Both the position numbers and the translations under genes were made by a program. A stretch of 57,580 bases of DNA, the filler included, from Jimgerdemannia flammicorona (taxonomy: Eukaryota), in NCBI GenBank assembly GCA_003990765.1. It is 3 parts of 3 records of this genome, joined end to end, with 100 filler letters (N's around TTAATTAATTAA, not from the genome) between each part and the next. Parts side by side here need not be neighbours in the genome. Positions count along the whole stretch, not along the records: positions 1 to 19,130 come from RBNJ01002020.1; 2 more parts are not named here. One strand, given 5' to 3'. The notes below the pieces were generated by a model, which did no database searches, was not told the origin of the DNA, and saw only the letters and a program-made list of their open reading frames with translations. How positions within the stretch are numbered: position 1 is the stretch's first letter; every line of letters starts with the position of its first letter. Shown piece by piece: positions 1 through 13,321 of this stretch.

Positions 1-660
1 AAAAAAAAAAAAAAGGCATACAAGGATTTATACTAGGCCTTTAGGACTTTTCATCCAGAACTTAGAAATATAGTCAGCTGCTGAAGGTTCTATTCTCTTC
101 TCCATAGCCACATTAGAACCACTAAGACCCTATAATCTACTGCTGCAGCTATCCAGAAATTTCTAGATTATATCTCACCTCCTATAGCTAGAAAAACAGC
201 TGCTAAGTGAATTGCATCTGACAGATTCCATCATACTCCAACCAGGACCTCAAGCTAGTTGTATACTTTACTTCTGCTATAACAAGGTATAAGAATGAGT
301 AAGCAGGCCCATCTATCTAGCCAGAACCTGATATTCTCTTTGAAGAACCTAGTTAGTATAAGGATGCACTATCTCATCAAAGAAGGGAGTCAGTTGAAGA
401 CTCTGCAGGATACTAGTCTGATGATAGCCAACAAGAAACAGCAGGCCTAGGAATTTACCAAGGACCTATAGGTCAAGAAGATCAGACCCCAGAACAAATC
501 CAGTCACTTACACAGAGGTTTGGTTTACCTTCTCTCACAGACTACTTGATCTAATCTCTGGGAATCAAGTAACCCCAAGTCATATAGCACTACAACCTCA
601 CTAGGCAAAACTATCTTCAGGAGAATCTACCCCCACAGGACCACCACTAATTGTCAATAT

Positions 661-1700
661 AATAGTAGATGCCAATATTGCAGCACTGACTACTCAGCTA
701 GTCACACTAGCAGAGATAGTAGGAAGAATTGCTAAATAGAACAAACCAACTAAGACCTTGTGAATCCCCATATTCAGTGAAAAAAACAGCAACATTGAAA
801 CCTTCATCAATATAGTTGATATAGATTACTGAGCAAACCAATGGAATAACAACTAAGTACCTATAGGAATGCTTACTAACAATCAGAACAACACTCTTTA
901 ACAGTTATTTGCTACATTAGCAGCACAAGTGGAAACAGTAGCCACATTCTTCACTGGAATAGCAGCTGAGTTCTGGCATATCTTGAAAGAATATCCAGTA
1001 ATCTGAGAAGACTGCCCTCAAATTGCAGGTCAAGTATCTGGTAATAACAGACCAGGATGAGATGACTATAAAGCAGGCCCAGGACTCAAGGCCCTATTAC
1101 TGATCAAATTCCAAAATATAGTCTATATATAAGAAACTTGGAATAAACTGACCCAGATGAAGTTCTACAAGAATGACAAAGAGGATTTAGAAACCTTTAC
1201 CACCAGGATAGATGACTATCTTAAGACCTTGAGACTCATCTATCAGAAAAACAATTTGACTATCAATAGTATCAGAGCCAACTATCTTTTTATAGTCTTA
1301 CCAGACTGTCTCACCTAGAAGATTATAAAACAAGGCTATCTCCAAAGATGTCTTCACTACTTATAGTACTTTGCTCAAGTATAAAGAAGAGCCCATAAAA
1401 TCCTTACTGCATAGGCTCTATGAAATCCAGAATACAAGAAGAATAACCAAGATAGGAGGAATCCCACCAGAAGGAATGATCAAAGAAATGATCAAAGAAA
1501 TGACCAAAGGAACCAGTGAAACCCCAGAGGACCAAGATCTCCTACTGAGGATGAAAAGAAGCAGCTCTATGAAAAAAGATTGTGCTTTATCTGTAGGAAG
1601 GCAGGATATATCTCAGTCAGATATTCTGAGAAGAGAAACAGATCAGGTGAACCTAGTGATCAGAACATCACTGTCATCAGAGAAGGCTCAGACAAGAAGA
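661..1700 (+). pseudogene. gag: Gag of element A (approximate bounds)
   Basis: Decayed CCHC knuckle LCFICRKAGYISVRY at ~1580-1625; lies directly upstream of dUTPase/protease; homologous to the gag region of element D. Confidence 0.7.
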
Positions 1701-1709
1701 ACTCTAAGA

Positions 1710-2125
1710 ATATCATCAAAGTACAGAAGATATGGTACAAGGCTACCATCCCCACATAGCCCATCTCATTGATATAGGATATGACCTCTACAGTAGTCAA
1801 GACCTCACCATTCTACTAAGTACTAATGCTACAGTATAAACAGAGATTGTAATATAAGCCCTCAAAGAAATATACATCTGCCTTACTGAGCAAAGCAGTC
1901 TGGCCAAAGAATTCAATATCAGGTTAGGAGAAGGAGTAGTTGACCAAGAATTTACTGGTGAAATCTATGTCATCTTGTGAAATTTTGGAGATATCTCATT
2001 TGAAGTCAAAGCAGGCCAAAGAATTTTCTAGGTAATCATTGAAGAAATCTGTCAAGATCTCACTATTGAAGAAGTTCCTGAACTCTCCCAGACAGATCAT
2101 AGCAAGAAAGAGTTTAGATCAATCA
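1710..2125 (+). pseudogene. dut: dUTPase domain of element A, between gag and protease
   Basis: Manual translation gives GYDLYS...GEGVVDQEFTGEIYVIL...FEVKAGQRIF*VII...TDHSKKEFRS, matching dUTPase motifs I, III, IV and a decayed V. Confidence 0.85.
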
Positions 2126-2439
2126 ACAAACCTTCTAGTCAAAAGGTTACCACTATAAAGAAAGATGATGAAAACTGGTACAAGAGAATTGTCAATGATT
2201 ATGTACTATATGGATGATGCCCTTATTCTATTCAAATATACTGTATGAAACATGTTGATGAATGCCCTGTATGCTTCTCCAAAGTTTTCAAAATCCAATC
2301 TGAGAAATGTCAAGCCTAACAAACTGAGGAACCCACCCTTCTTGTAAAAGATGGGGAGAAACTGACTTTGAGGAGACTGATAGCAATTGGATCAATAATG
2401 AGGATGAGGAACTCAATACTATTAAGAAGGAGAACAGTT

Positions 2440-2795
2440 GTATCAAGTTCACAAGCCAAGTTTACAGACAGAATATCAATGTCTTACTTGACAATAGAGC
2501 TACTGGAAACTATATCAGCACTAAGACTGTCAAGCAGATTAGAGCCTGAAGCAGACCAGTTACTGAGAAAAGGAGTGTTATCTTTGATGATGATAAGACT
2601 GCACCATTGACCAAGATCTATAAAGACCTATTGCTCAGGATTGACAAATATCAAGAGAAGGTGAACTTCAGTATTGTAGGTCTTCCAGGACAAGATATTA
2701 TCCTAAGAAAAGCCTGGTTGACCCAGTAAAACCCAAACATCAACTGGAGGACCAATGAGGTTAATCTGACCTATGAAGGCAGAAAGATCACCCTG
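2440..2795 (+). pseudogene. pol: Aspartic protease of element A
   Basis: NVLLDNRATGNYIS (decayed LLDSGATGNYIS) and DIILRKAWLTQ*NPNINW. Confidence 0.8.
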
Positions 2796-2989
2796 ATACC
2801 CCAGAAAGGTACCAACTATCAAGGAATAAAAATCATCTCTGCCATCTAAATAAAAAGACTCTTGGCAAAAAAGGAAATATCTACTTCATCTGTACTGTAC
2901 AAGAAGTTACCAAAGCCCTGAGTAGCCCAATCTCAGCAGAAGCTCAAGAATTGTTTGAGGAATTCTAAGATATATTCCAGGATCCTCAA

Positions 2990-3918
2990 GGACTTCCACC
3001 CAAGCACCAAATCCAACATAGAATTGATCTCATTCTAGGATCTGAACCTCCATACAAGAGTATCTACCAACTAGCCCAACTCAAACTCAAGACCCTTAAG
3101 GATGAGTTGACCAAACTATTGGGCTAAGGATATATTGAATCCAGCTGCTCTCTATTTGGAGTCCCCATTATGTTTGTCAAGAAGAAGAATGGCTCTCTGC
3201 AAATATACATTGACTACAGAGCTCTCAATAAGATTACTATCAAGAACTGATATACCTTGCTCAGGATTGATGAGTTATTATATCAAATCTTCAAGGCTAA
3301 GACCTTTTCCCCTACTAGACTTATGTAATGGCCACCATCAGATTCTCATTGATGAGAAGGATATTGAAAAGACAGCTTTCTGAACATAGTTTAGATACTA
3401 CTAGTTCTGAGTCATATCTTTTGGTTTGATCAATATATCAGTAACATTTCAGTATCTGATAATGATATCTTTGGACCACTCCTCAACATTTGTATTCTTA
3501 TGTATATTGATGATATACTAATCTATAGTGAAACAGTAGAGTTACACTACATCCACCTCAGATAGATACTGATCCTTCTGCAAGAACACCAGCTCTATGC
3601 CAAGATAAGCAAGTACAAGTTCTATTAAGATCAGATTGAGTACCTAGGACATATTATCTCTGCTGAAGATATCAATGTAGACTCTCAAAAGGTATCAGCT
3701 CTTAAGAATATTTCCATCTTCACTACCCTCAAGCTACTCCAGTGCTTCCTGGATATTGCTAGTTACTACTGAAGGTTTATCCAAGAATACTCTACTATTA
3801 TAGTCTTACTGATCAGCCTGGCCTATAAAGGAGTGAACATCAAGACTGAATGGATCTCCAAGTATATTCAGGCTATGGACCATCTCAAGAGACTCTTTAC
3901 TGAGGCCACAATACTAAT
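2990..3918 (+). pseudogene. pol: Reverse transcriptase of element A, cut by the LINE insertion
   Basis: [27 protein letters not shown] and LMYIDDILIYS motifs. Confidence 0.9.
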
Positions 3919-3999
3919 ATTTTTTTTTTTTTTTTTTTATAGTCACTTAGACTTTGCCATTTATTACTAGTCTATTAATATGGTTACAGTATCCCCTCC

Positions 4000-6900
4000 C
4001 ACTACCCAATCCTCATAGGGGAGCCCCTCCCCACATCGTTGCAAATGAAGACTACTTTCTCACCCACTACTCCAACTCTCCTCCCCACTCTACCCACAGA
4101 TTTTCTCCACTAAGCGATGCCTCTGACCACTCTGCAAACCCCAACCAAGCCACCAGCCTGTCATAGTGTCTTCCATAAGCCCTTGCCATCTCAACAGCTA
4201 GATCCCCAAGCCCAGTCTCCTTCCATCCTCAAAAATAAATAACCAGTGATCCGCCAGCTCTATCTATACCAAAACCCAACCTAAGGTAAGCCACTCCTTC
4301 CCCACCCCCCCCACCAATCTATCTCTCAAATTCTCTCACTGACCCCATGCACCATTCCCCCTACACACTACCCCTAAATGATCCCCAACAGCCTGCCAAA
4401 AGTTACTAAGTATCTCACACTCTCCTAGCCAATGTTCAGGCATCTGCATATATCCTCCTTTCTGCCCTACATTGTGGCACTCCTCACAGTTGAAGCAACC
4501 CCCCTTGATAAGATGACCTGAGCAGAAGTTGAGTATAACATTCCTCTACAGAATGTGCCACCAGATCACCCAGTACTTCAGCAGCATCTACCTCCTCATC
4601 TCAGTACTCTAGGCCCAGACCCCATACTAGTCCCACTTCTCTCTAATACCCACTAACTGCTATCTGCTGGGCCACAGATCCTGGCCTGGTCCCCTTTGGC
4701 ACTCAATCCCATCACTAGTATCGAACTCAACCAAGGGGATGCCTCCCAACAACACTCAGTCCCATCTCTATATCACCAGATCCCAAGGCACCTCCCCTTC
4801 ATTTCTCTACCAGCATATTCCAATGTGGTGCACCCCCTCTACTACCCCCCACCAGAAGCCTTTGTATCTCATGTGCTCAGTGTTCTGAAGCCCAACCAAG
4901 GATAGTAGATCTCCTGTAGAGCCTCTCAGCAAAGACCTCATCTCCCAGACCTTCTGCAACAGGGGGACCCAGTCACCCCCTCTCAGCTCCACTGCTCTCT
5001 TTAACCACCATGCTCTCAAGCAGTATAGTCTCTTCAGAAAGTCAACCAGCCCAAGTCCTCCTCTCACCACTAGTAAGGACAAGACCTCCCAGCTGATATG
5101 ACTCCTTCTCCCAGCCCAGATCCACCTCTTGGCCAGTTTCAACAGTCTCTTCACCACTTAGGCTGGGAAGTCCAGGTGATAGGCTAGATACCACAACTTT
5201 GGCAACTAGTAGATGTTCAAAATCAAGACACACCCTGCTAAAGACATGTGGCAACCTCCCCAACTCTACAGGGCCTCCCCCTAGATTGCAATCCTCTGCT
5301 CCCACTAAAGTCTCAGTAGGACTGACCCATATACTGACAAATAGATACCCAAGTACTGTACTACCTCTCCAGCAGAGACAATTGTTCCAATGACATCCCC
5401 TCCCACCAGGCCATTGCCTAACACTATTGTTTCACACTTATGCTAATTGAGTTTAGCTCCAGAGTTCACCTCATATCACTCTACTGTCTCCTTGAGCTCC
5501 TCTACATTAGCGATGAATCTCAGGCCAACCACCATATTATCTGCAAAGGCACCAACTTTCCACCCAATTCCAAAGACTGAGAGCCCTACTATCTTCTGTC
5601 TAATTCTATCCATTAGAGGTTCTAGGGAAAGAGTATACAGAATAGAAGACAGTGGATCCCCCTGGGGCACACCCCTACCCAGGGGAAATATCACCCCTCT
5701 ATACTCATTATACATAAGTGCAGCCCAACTCCCTTCCAATAGGCTGACCATTGCTGACCAGAACTAGTTTGGTACTCTAATCTTATCTAATACTCTCACC
5801 AATCAGACTTATCTCACCTGGTTGTATGCCTTCTCCTGATCCAGGAAGACCAGTCACCTATCCAGTCTATAAGCTTACACCTCTTCAATAACTCCATATA
5901 TCCAAGCTGTGTTATCCCTAATGAGCTGACCTCCTATAAAGCCCCTCTGTTCAACACCCAATACTTGCTGAGCCACCTTCTGCAGCCTTACAACCACCAC
6001 CTTAGTCACCAACTTTCTGTCCATGTCTAGCAGCATAATTGGCTGCCAGTTCTTCCAGTTCTCTCTCCTTCTCTTATTCTTATAAAGCAGCATCACCAGC
6101 CCCAGATCCTACTCCCCCATCCATCTCCCTGACTGTAGTATCAAATCACACAATACCATCATCTCATTAAATACCCCTGGGACTCTCACTATCTTCCTCC
6201 AGAAGTTCCAGGGCAGACCATCCTCCCCAGGTACCATGCCCAGTATAGTTGTGGCAAGAACCTAGTGGATCTTCTCCTCTTGGACTGGCAACATTAAGTC
6301 CCCAGCCCTTCTGCCTGTAGGGGGTGCCAATTCTCCAATACCTGGTCAATGGCAGCAGCATCAGCCCCACTCTCCTCCTCACTCCATAAACCACTCCATT
6401 GCTCCTTTAATTATCCAAGAATGTCTTGTATACTATGCACCAGTATACTATCAGAGTCTAGTACCCCCTCCCACCTCTGCTTCACCCTTCTCACCTGAAG
6501 GGCCCTTGTGAGATACTTGGAGGACCTTTTTCCTTCTTCTAAACCCTGCCAGCAAAGCCATGCCACCAAGCTCTGCACCCTTGCCTCCTCCTCTTCCCAC
6601 AACACCTGTTGTAGTTCTATAACCTCCAATTTTGCCTGCATTAATCTCCAATCCTCTCTCCCCTCCAGTGTCACTAACCCTGCCCAATCTTCCAAGAGTC
6701 TAGCCAGTCTAGCAGAAGCCTATCTCACCCTTCACCTCCTCTATTTTCCAGCCTCCTTACCAGCCTCACTCCAGTAGACCCTGGCCATCTCTTTCATTCT
6801 CATCCACCAGACACCAACTGGGGCCTCTTTCTGTCTCCAGCCCTCTACCCTCTGTTGAATGTCCTCAGCTCACTTATCCCACAGTACCCTATCATCTAAT

Positions 6901-7653
6901 AAAGAGAAATTGAGGTACCAATGTCCAGACCCATCCCCACTTCCCCCAAAATATCCCTGTCCTAGCAGTCCCCAATGATCTGACCATGGACACCACCCCA
7001 CCTCCAGCAACTTTCAAATATCTAAACTCCAGCAGCTCACTATCAAAATCCAGTCAATCCTTGTCCCCAGGTCCCCTGCACAATGCATGTATACTCTCCT
7101 ATTACTCCAACACTCCCTGCCAGCATCTACCAGAGTGCTTAGTCTTTCCACTTTCTCCCACATCACCAGCCCTCCACTCCTGCCCTCAGCTCCTCATCCT
7201 CCATTGGTTCTATCCACCAGCACATCCTGAACCATATTGAAGTCTCCACCAAGCATATCTACCCTGGCTTCTGCAAGAGTCCCACTCTCCTGGAGACCCT
7301 TTACCTAATCTACATATTTACCCCATACAGCAGAGCAGTAGCAAGAACCCACTATAACCAGCTCCTGACCTGTACATATCCACTCTCCCCAGACCAATCT
7401 ATCTCCCCAGCTCCTTACATCATGTATCTCCCCTCTGCCTCTCCAGACCAGAATCCCAACCTTGCCCTTTCAAACTGTCTCACCTCCCCATTCCTTTGTA
7501 TTCCAGCCTATTCAAATCATCCTCACACCTGACATCCTGCAAAAGGAAGAGATTGGCCTCCAATCTCTTCAGCTAAGTAAAAATGTTCCTATGTTAAGAA
7601 GAGCCCCATAACCCATTTACATTCAAAGAAAAAATGTTGGTTGTACTATTCAT
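4000..7653 (-). pseudogene. LINE copy 1 ORF2: AP endonuclease + reverse transcriptase
   Basis: Start MNSTTNIFSLNVNGL at 7653; GVPQGDPLS and GAFADN motifs (ORF 5476-5751); many stops. Confidence 0.9.
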
Positions 7654-7685
7654 AAGGAAATATGGTATGTTATCAAGTTCATCCT

Positions 7686-9693
7686 CTACTGCTCCATGCT
7701 CATCACTTCCTGTGCTATGTCCAGATCATGTTCCGCAGACTCCTCCTCCTCTCCAGCACTCTTAGCCTCCAATCCAGCCAACAGCTCATTCATCTCCCCA
7801 TCCACCTTCTCCTCAAACTCTTCCCAGTACTCCAGACAGACCTCCTGCCAGAGCTGTAATCTATAATTCTTAGTACAGTAGTAGTTGGCCCTCTGCCAGC
7901 TCTGCCTTCTGCTCCATTATCTACCTCATACCCTTCCTTCTCCAGATATACTATAAGCATTTCCACTTTCAATGCCACCACCACTCCATCTCCCTGCAGG
8001 ATCTATACTCAATGCTCATTGCTTATTACCCTAAGGTCCACCTCTCCCAACTCTTCAGCTACCAAGTTATTTATCATCCTACATATCCAAAGTAGATTTC
8101 CCACCTCCTTTCATCTAGGAGTTGCTGACCTCCCTCCATCCAGCATCATGGTATTGGTCCCTGCACTTGCAGACTCATCCTACACCTCTGGGACATCCAC
8201 CAGTTCCTCCTCTCCAACTGCTACTACTTGTCTCCCTTTTGCTACCTCTGGAACTCCAAATTGTACTTGCTGGGCCCCCTTTATGAGCACATTCTCTACC
8301 ACTCTACTATGAGAAGCTGGACCTTGCCTGATAAGAGAGGTAGGAGTAGGTGAGTCCTCCCAGACCTCCTCCCAGATCTCAAACATACCATCTATATATG
8401 GGTTATTATCAGTTGCCTCTCTGTCCTCTCCTGTCCCCTTCCCCCCAATTCCTCTACCCTCATCAGCCCAGATGCTTGCTTTGGCACCCCCCTCTGCCAT
8501 AATTCCACCCATATCCTTCTGTGGTCTATCCTCCAGTCTAGCCAGTAGCTCCTTCTGCCTCTTACATTCCTGGACCCTTTCCCACTGCCCCTTGTCCACT
8601 TGAATCTGCTTCCCATCCACCACTTCCAAATGTGTTGCCTCCACAAAAGCCTTCCAAGCCTTTGCCACCACTCCACTATACCACTCAGCTCTTCCAGTGC
8701 TTCCAATAAGTCCTCTTCCTCCTCACTCCCCTTCACTCTTGTTATCTTGCACAAGATTGCCCTCCAGACCATCACTGAAGGTCAGTTTCTTGCCTTCCCA
8801 ATAGCTTTCTTCTCTGCCAACTGAATCCTTACATCAATATCCCCAGTCCTGAATGAGATCCCTTCTTAGACTCTAAATTCAATATCTACCACCTCTCCAT
8901 ACTCTGCCATGACCTCCTCAACTCTCCTTCTCATCTCCACTACCATCACCATAGACACTCCTTTTACCAGTAGTTGTACCACTCTGGGATCCTATCTCAG
9001 GCAATGTATCATTGGAATACAAATCTCCCTAACAGTCAGGCCAGCCTTCAGTACCTCCTCCAAAGGCCCAGCCTCCTCAAAGCCTACCTCCACTCCCTCC
9101 AAACCCTTCAGAAACTTCACTGATGCTGCTCCAGCTACCTGCTTAGTGATTAGCCTCAGCACTATTTTCACTGTCACCACTAGGCCCCAGAAGCACAAAG
9201 TAACTGCAAACTCCAAGATTGACTTCTTGAGTAATAGGGCCACTACTAAGCCTGTCACACTATCTGTCAAATCCCCCTGCTATCCAAGCCCCAGCCTCTC
9301 AGCTCTACCATCAGCCATCATATCTGGATTTTTTTCCAGATTGACAGTTCTGTTGCCATCAGCCATCACATTCACCCCAGCCACTATACCCCCAGCTCTA
9401 CTGCCCCCACTACCAAGGACTACTTCCCCATGTACTGCTATCTTCTCCATCTCCTTGCCTTTCCTCAGCCAGTCCTCCAATCCAGATACCTGCTGTCTCT
9501 CCTTTACCATCTCCACAAAGTTTGCCCTTCCTGACCCCTGTCCTCCACCACTGCTTCCTCTCCTTCTGCATTCTCCTGCCAGCAGACCCCTCATGTTTCC
9601 CCCCAGGCCAGGGCCCCTCCCCACATACTGCTAGTCAAACATACTTGGGCCATCCTGCTCAGTATGCATCTCAAATTGCCTGTCAGTCACTAT
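7686..9693 (-). pseudogene. LINE copy 1 ORF1
   Basis: ORF fragments 9280-9624, 8992-9270, 8392-8775 and 8180-8671 match ORF1 of the other copies; ends in MEQ*. Confidence 0.85.
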
Positions 9694-9788
9694 GTTGCTA
9701 GTCTCTTTTCTCCAAAAACAATATTGTAAGTGCTTTTCAAAGGTTGTGTAACCCAAATGGTATTGGAGAAAGTGGCTACAATACTAAT

Positions 9789-11660
9789 TGCATCTGACCT
9801 TACTAGACCATTTACTCTGACCATAGATATCTCTGACATTATCATTGGGGCAGTGCTCAGCCAAGAAGATTGCCTAGTGGCCTATCTTTCCCAAAAGCTT
9901 AAGCCAGCTGAGACCTGGTATACTATCCATAAGAAAGAACTTCTGGCCATTCTCACTGTACTCCAGGAATAGTGCTATTTCCTCCTAGGACAACAATTTG
10001 TGGTCTATACTAATCACTATGCTCTGTGGTACATTCATACACTACCTATGCTAACTCATAGACAAGTCTGCTAGATGGAAATTATTACCAACTTTGATAT
10101 GGAAATTAAGTATATCTCTGGCAAAACCAACTACATGGCTGATAGTTTCTCAGATATATAGAAGATAAACTTGTCTTTATGGTCAAGATAATTAGAGACC
10201 TTACCCAGATAATTAAGAATAGCTACCAACAGGACAGTCCCCTGGTGAAATTCCTTCAATTCTACCAAGACCCAGAGGTCAAGGTCTCAGAACCTATAAG
10301 ACAAATGTCCAAAAGATTCACTTATTATAATGGACTTATCTATAAGAACTATGACAGAGTAGTTGTACCTAATAATAATACTCTGTAGCTCAAGATTATG
10401 TAGGAACTCCATGACACTCCTACAGTAGGACATTTTGGTTTTGAAAAGACCTATAATCTCCACTCAAGAGTTCTATTAGCCAAAGATGACCAAGAATATC
10501 AAAGACTTTGTGGCCTCATACAAGATATGCCAAAGGTTCAAAAGCAGCAACAAACTACCCACAGGACTTCTGTAACCCCTGCCTATCTCAAGTCACAACT
10601 AGAACCAGATTGTAATGAACTTCATTATCCAGCTCCCCAAGACCAAGGCAGGATGGGATGTCATTATAGTATTCATAGATTGCTTAAATAAATAAGCCCA
10701 TTTTACACCCACCAAGACCACCATTATAGTACTAAAGATTGCCAATATTTTCCTCAACCAAGTATTCAGACTATATAGCATGCCTAGCACTATTATATCT
10801 GACCAAGATACCAAGTTTACAAGCAACTTCTGGAAGGCATTCTTCTTTCTCCATAGAACCAAGCTGAAGTTCTCCACTACCTACCACCCCCAGACTGACA
10901 GTCAAACTAAGTGAACCAATAGGACTCTCAAGCAGATACTTAGTATCTTCTGCTGTTACAAGCAGAATGATTGGGACAAGTACCTAGTCCATACCAAGTT
11001 TGCCTACAATAATAGCCAGCAAACCTCTACAAAGAAGACTCTATTCTTTCTGAACTATGGTCAACACCCAAGGACCCCAAGCATTACTGCAAAATCAGTA
11101 GTCCCAGTAGTCCAAGATTTGACTGAGACTATTTCTGACCTTACTTGAATGACAAGAGATACTCTCATAGAAGTACAGGACTACCAGACCAAGTATGTAA
11201 ACTTGAAGTAAAGAGAAGTCTCCTACAATATTGGTGACATAGTTATGCTTAGAACAGACTATCTCCATCCAGACATCCTGGTATAATAACCAGCCAAGAA
11301 ACTCCATACTAAAAGAATTAGACTATACAAGATTGTAGAAAAAGTCAGCAAAGTCAACTACAAGTTACAACTTTCTCATAATATTTGAGTACACTCAGTA
11401 TTCTATATCAGCCAACTGGTGGACTACCATGAGAACCCCTTTCCTAAGCATATAGTTCCACCACCACTCCCAATTAGGATCAATGACTATGAGGAATTCA
11501 AAATTGAGGAAGTGCTTGACCACAAGGTCTGCAAATATCCCAAAACAGTCAAGCAGTTTTTCCTCATCAAATGGAAGGATTATCCCACCCATGACACTAT
11601 CTGGGAAAAATAGAATGTTCTGGAGAATATACATAAAGCTCTCTAAGACTATATGGAAAC
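9789..11660 (+). pseudogene. pol: RNase H, integrase and chromodomain of element A
   Basis: FTLTIDISDIIIGAVLSQ..VAYLSQKL (RNase H); ELHDTPTVGHFG and TYHPQTDSQT (integrase); EEFKIEEVLDHK...FLIKWKDYPTHDTIWE (chromodomain, ~11480-11660). Confidence 0.92.
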
Positions 11661-12342
11661 ACTCACCCCCCAGCAAAGGAAGGAACTACAGCTCTAAAGC
11701 TTAGAGCATATAGCAAAGAAAGAAGATACTATATATTTATCTAGAATATATAATACCAAATATTAACAGAAAAAGAATACTATATTTAATCAACAAGGAA
11801 GATACTCAGGTGAAGAATAGCCCAGCATGGTGTAGTAAAATACATTTGAACAACTCCATTTCATATCATTAGTGTCATCTCTACTGGATGATAACAGATA
11901 CTTCATATAGAACTTAGGAAAGCTGACAATGTTGAAGCCAATCTAAGTCTATCCATGTAATAGATATTGTTACTAGGAATTGCTTTGGATTATAAGAAAT
12001 ACTATTTCTAAAAGATTCAAATCCCCAGCCATAATAATGAGAGCTCTCACCCTAGATAAGAATGGCCAGTCCTCACAAATATACCAACCAGACAAAAAAA
12101 AAGAGGACCAAGATCTGTCAACTCTGTGTAACTACAACTATAAGTGGTGATATCTTTGAAATCAGAATTTTCTCATATGACTAGCACATGTCTTGCTTAC
12201 AGCAATAGGTCATATATTCTGCTAAAAAGTATGATCAAATTAAGGTCACACTAGACAGGCAAATAAGTATAAATACCCAAGACAAGAATATACTGCAACC
12301 CTTATCTCCCTCTCTCCTCTCCAAAGAAATAACAAGACAAGA

Positions 12343-13170
12343 ATGCCTGCTATCTGTCATCAAACTGTCCACCATAGCCAGCCCCTCTCAAGCCAGATTG
12401 ACCACCTCTTTGGACACATCTAGATTGTTTTCCAAGGAAGAAACTGCTGCTCTGAGGCCCTTAACCTCTCTAGCCAGGACCTAGGACAGTATGTTCTTGA
12501 TCACTATAAACTCATTGAAAGGGCCTACCTTGCTACCAGCCACCTAAAAATCTGATATGAATACAAAATCAGACATCAACTCCTTCAATGTACAAATGGC
12601 CTACCCACTGACCAGGTCTCAGACTGGACCAACCTGGATAGGCACAAGTAAAAACTAGCCAAGAAGGTCTATCAAATCATGTGCCATATATCTTTTGCAA
12701 TCTCTAACCTCAACTATATATAACTGAAGAATTTTCAGAACCTCCCCTTCCTCAAGGTTGACAAGCTAGAGATCAAGGTAGCCCAAGAAGTCAACTTCTG
12801 GATTACCCTCAAGTTCACTGACTGCAAACTCCACTAGAGCCTCCTCCTGAATGACAATCCAGACCAATGGCTTCAAGATCTCTCTGATCTCTTTGAAGGA
12901 CCATCCATCTGAATGGATATCCCCAGACATAAGGATCAAGAACCCTACTTGGATGGTCTCAACCATATTAGATGGAGAACTCCTACCTCAATATCCATAC
13001 CAGTACAAAAACCATTTGCAGACCTCATTGACTTTTCCATTCTAGATATTAAGCCATCAGCAACCACCCCTCCAGCCACTGAAGGAGAAGACAACAATAC
13101 TGAGAAAGATTCTCCACCTTTCTCTCCCCTAGTTCTCAATTTCTGAATCAATGAGGATGTTGATTTCTAA
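12343..13170 (+). pseudogene. Accessory ORF of unknown function (ORF-U) in element A, between integrase and PPT
   Basis: One reading frame from ATG 12343, interrupted only by stops explainable as C->T/G->A; aligns by eye with the LTR-encoded ORF of element E. Confidence 0.75.
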
Positions 13171-13240
13171 GGAAGAAAGAATATAATAGAGTGAACAGGC
13201 AATATATGACATATGAATGAGCAAACAGGTGAGACAACAG
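13169..13240 (+). promoter_or_regulatory. Polypurine tract and probable start of the 3' LTR of element A
   Basis: AAGGAAGAAAGAA followed by TATAATAG (decayed TGTAA start), preceded by a TCAATGAGGATGTTGA motif also seen before the PPT of element C. Confidence 0.6.
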
Positions 13241-13321
13241 TCTTTTCTCTAGTAACATTCAGGTTATATAACCTTTTGGCAACACTTTCAACACAGTTTC
13301 TGGAGAAAAGCTACTAGTATC

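Larger units (their letters stand above)
3920..9773 (-). mobile_element. LINE copy 1 (L1/Tx1-like non-LTR retrotransposon), full length, degenerate
   Basis: Poly(T) at 3920-3938 is the poly(A) tail; 15-bp TSD GGCCACAATACTAAT (3904-3918) / GGCTACAATACTAAT (9774-9788); ORF1 plus EN-RT ORF2, collinear with the other copies. Confidence 0.95.
16..13240 (+). mobile_element. Gypsy element A (chromovirus-type Ty3/Gypsy LTR retrotransposon), degenerate; 5' LTR not in window; interrupted by a LINE at 3920-9773 and cut in its 3' LTR by a LINE at ~13241
   Basis: Domain order gag (Zn knuckle) - dUTPase - protease - RT (YIDD) - RNase H - integrase - chromodomain, read through many stop codons; polypurine tract at ~13169-13181. 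Confidence 0.92.

Noticed and set aside
3904..3918. Sequence-specific LINE target site (Tx1-style)
   Set aside because: The three readable non-LTR TSDs share no obvious consensus
8909..9634. Long Ser/Pro/Thr-rich ORFs antisense to LINE ORFs (also 21538-22239, 24239-24748)
   Set aside because: Shadow frames of the G-rich LINE coding strand; boundaries differ among copies
12343..13170. ORF-U as an envelope gene
   Set aside because: Position fits, but no signal peptide, fusion peptide or transmembrane anchor is visible
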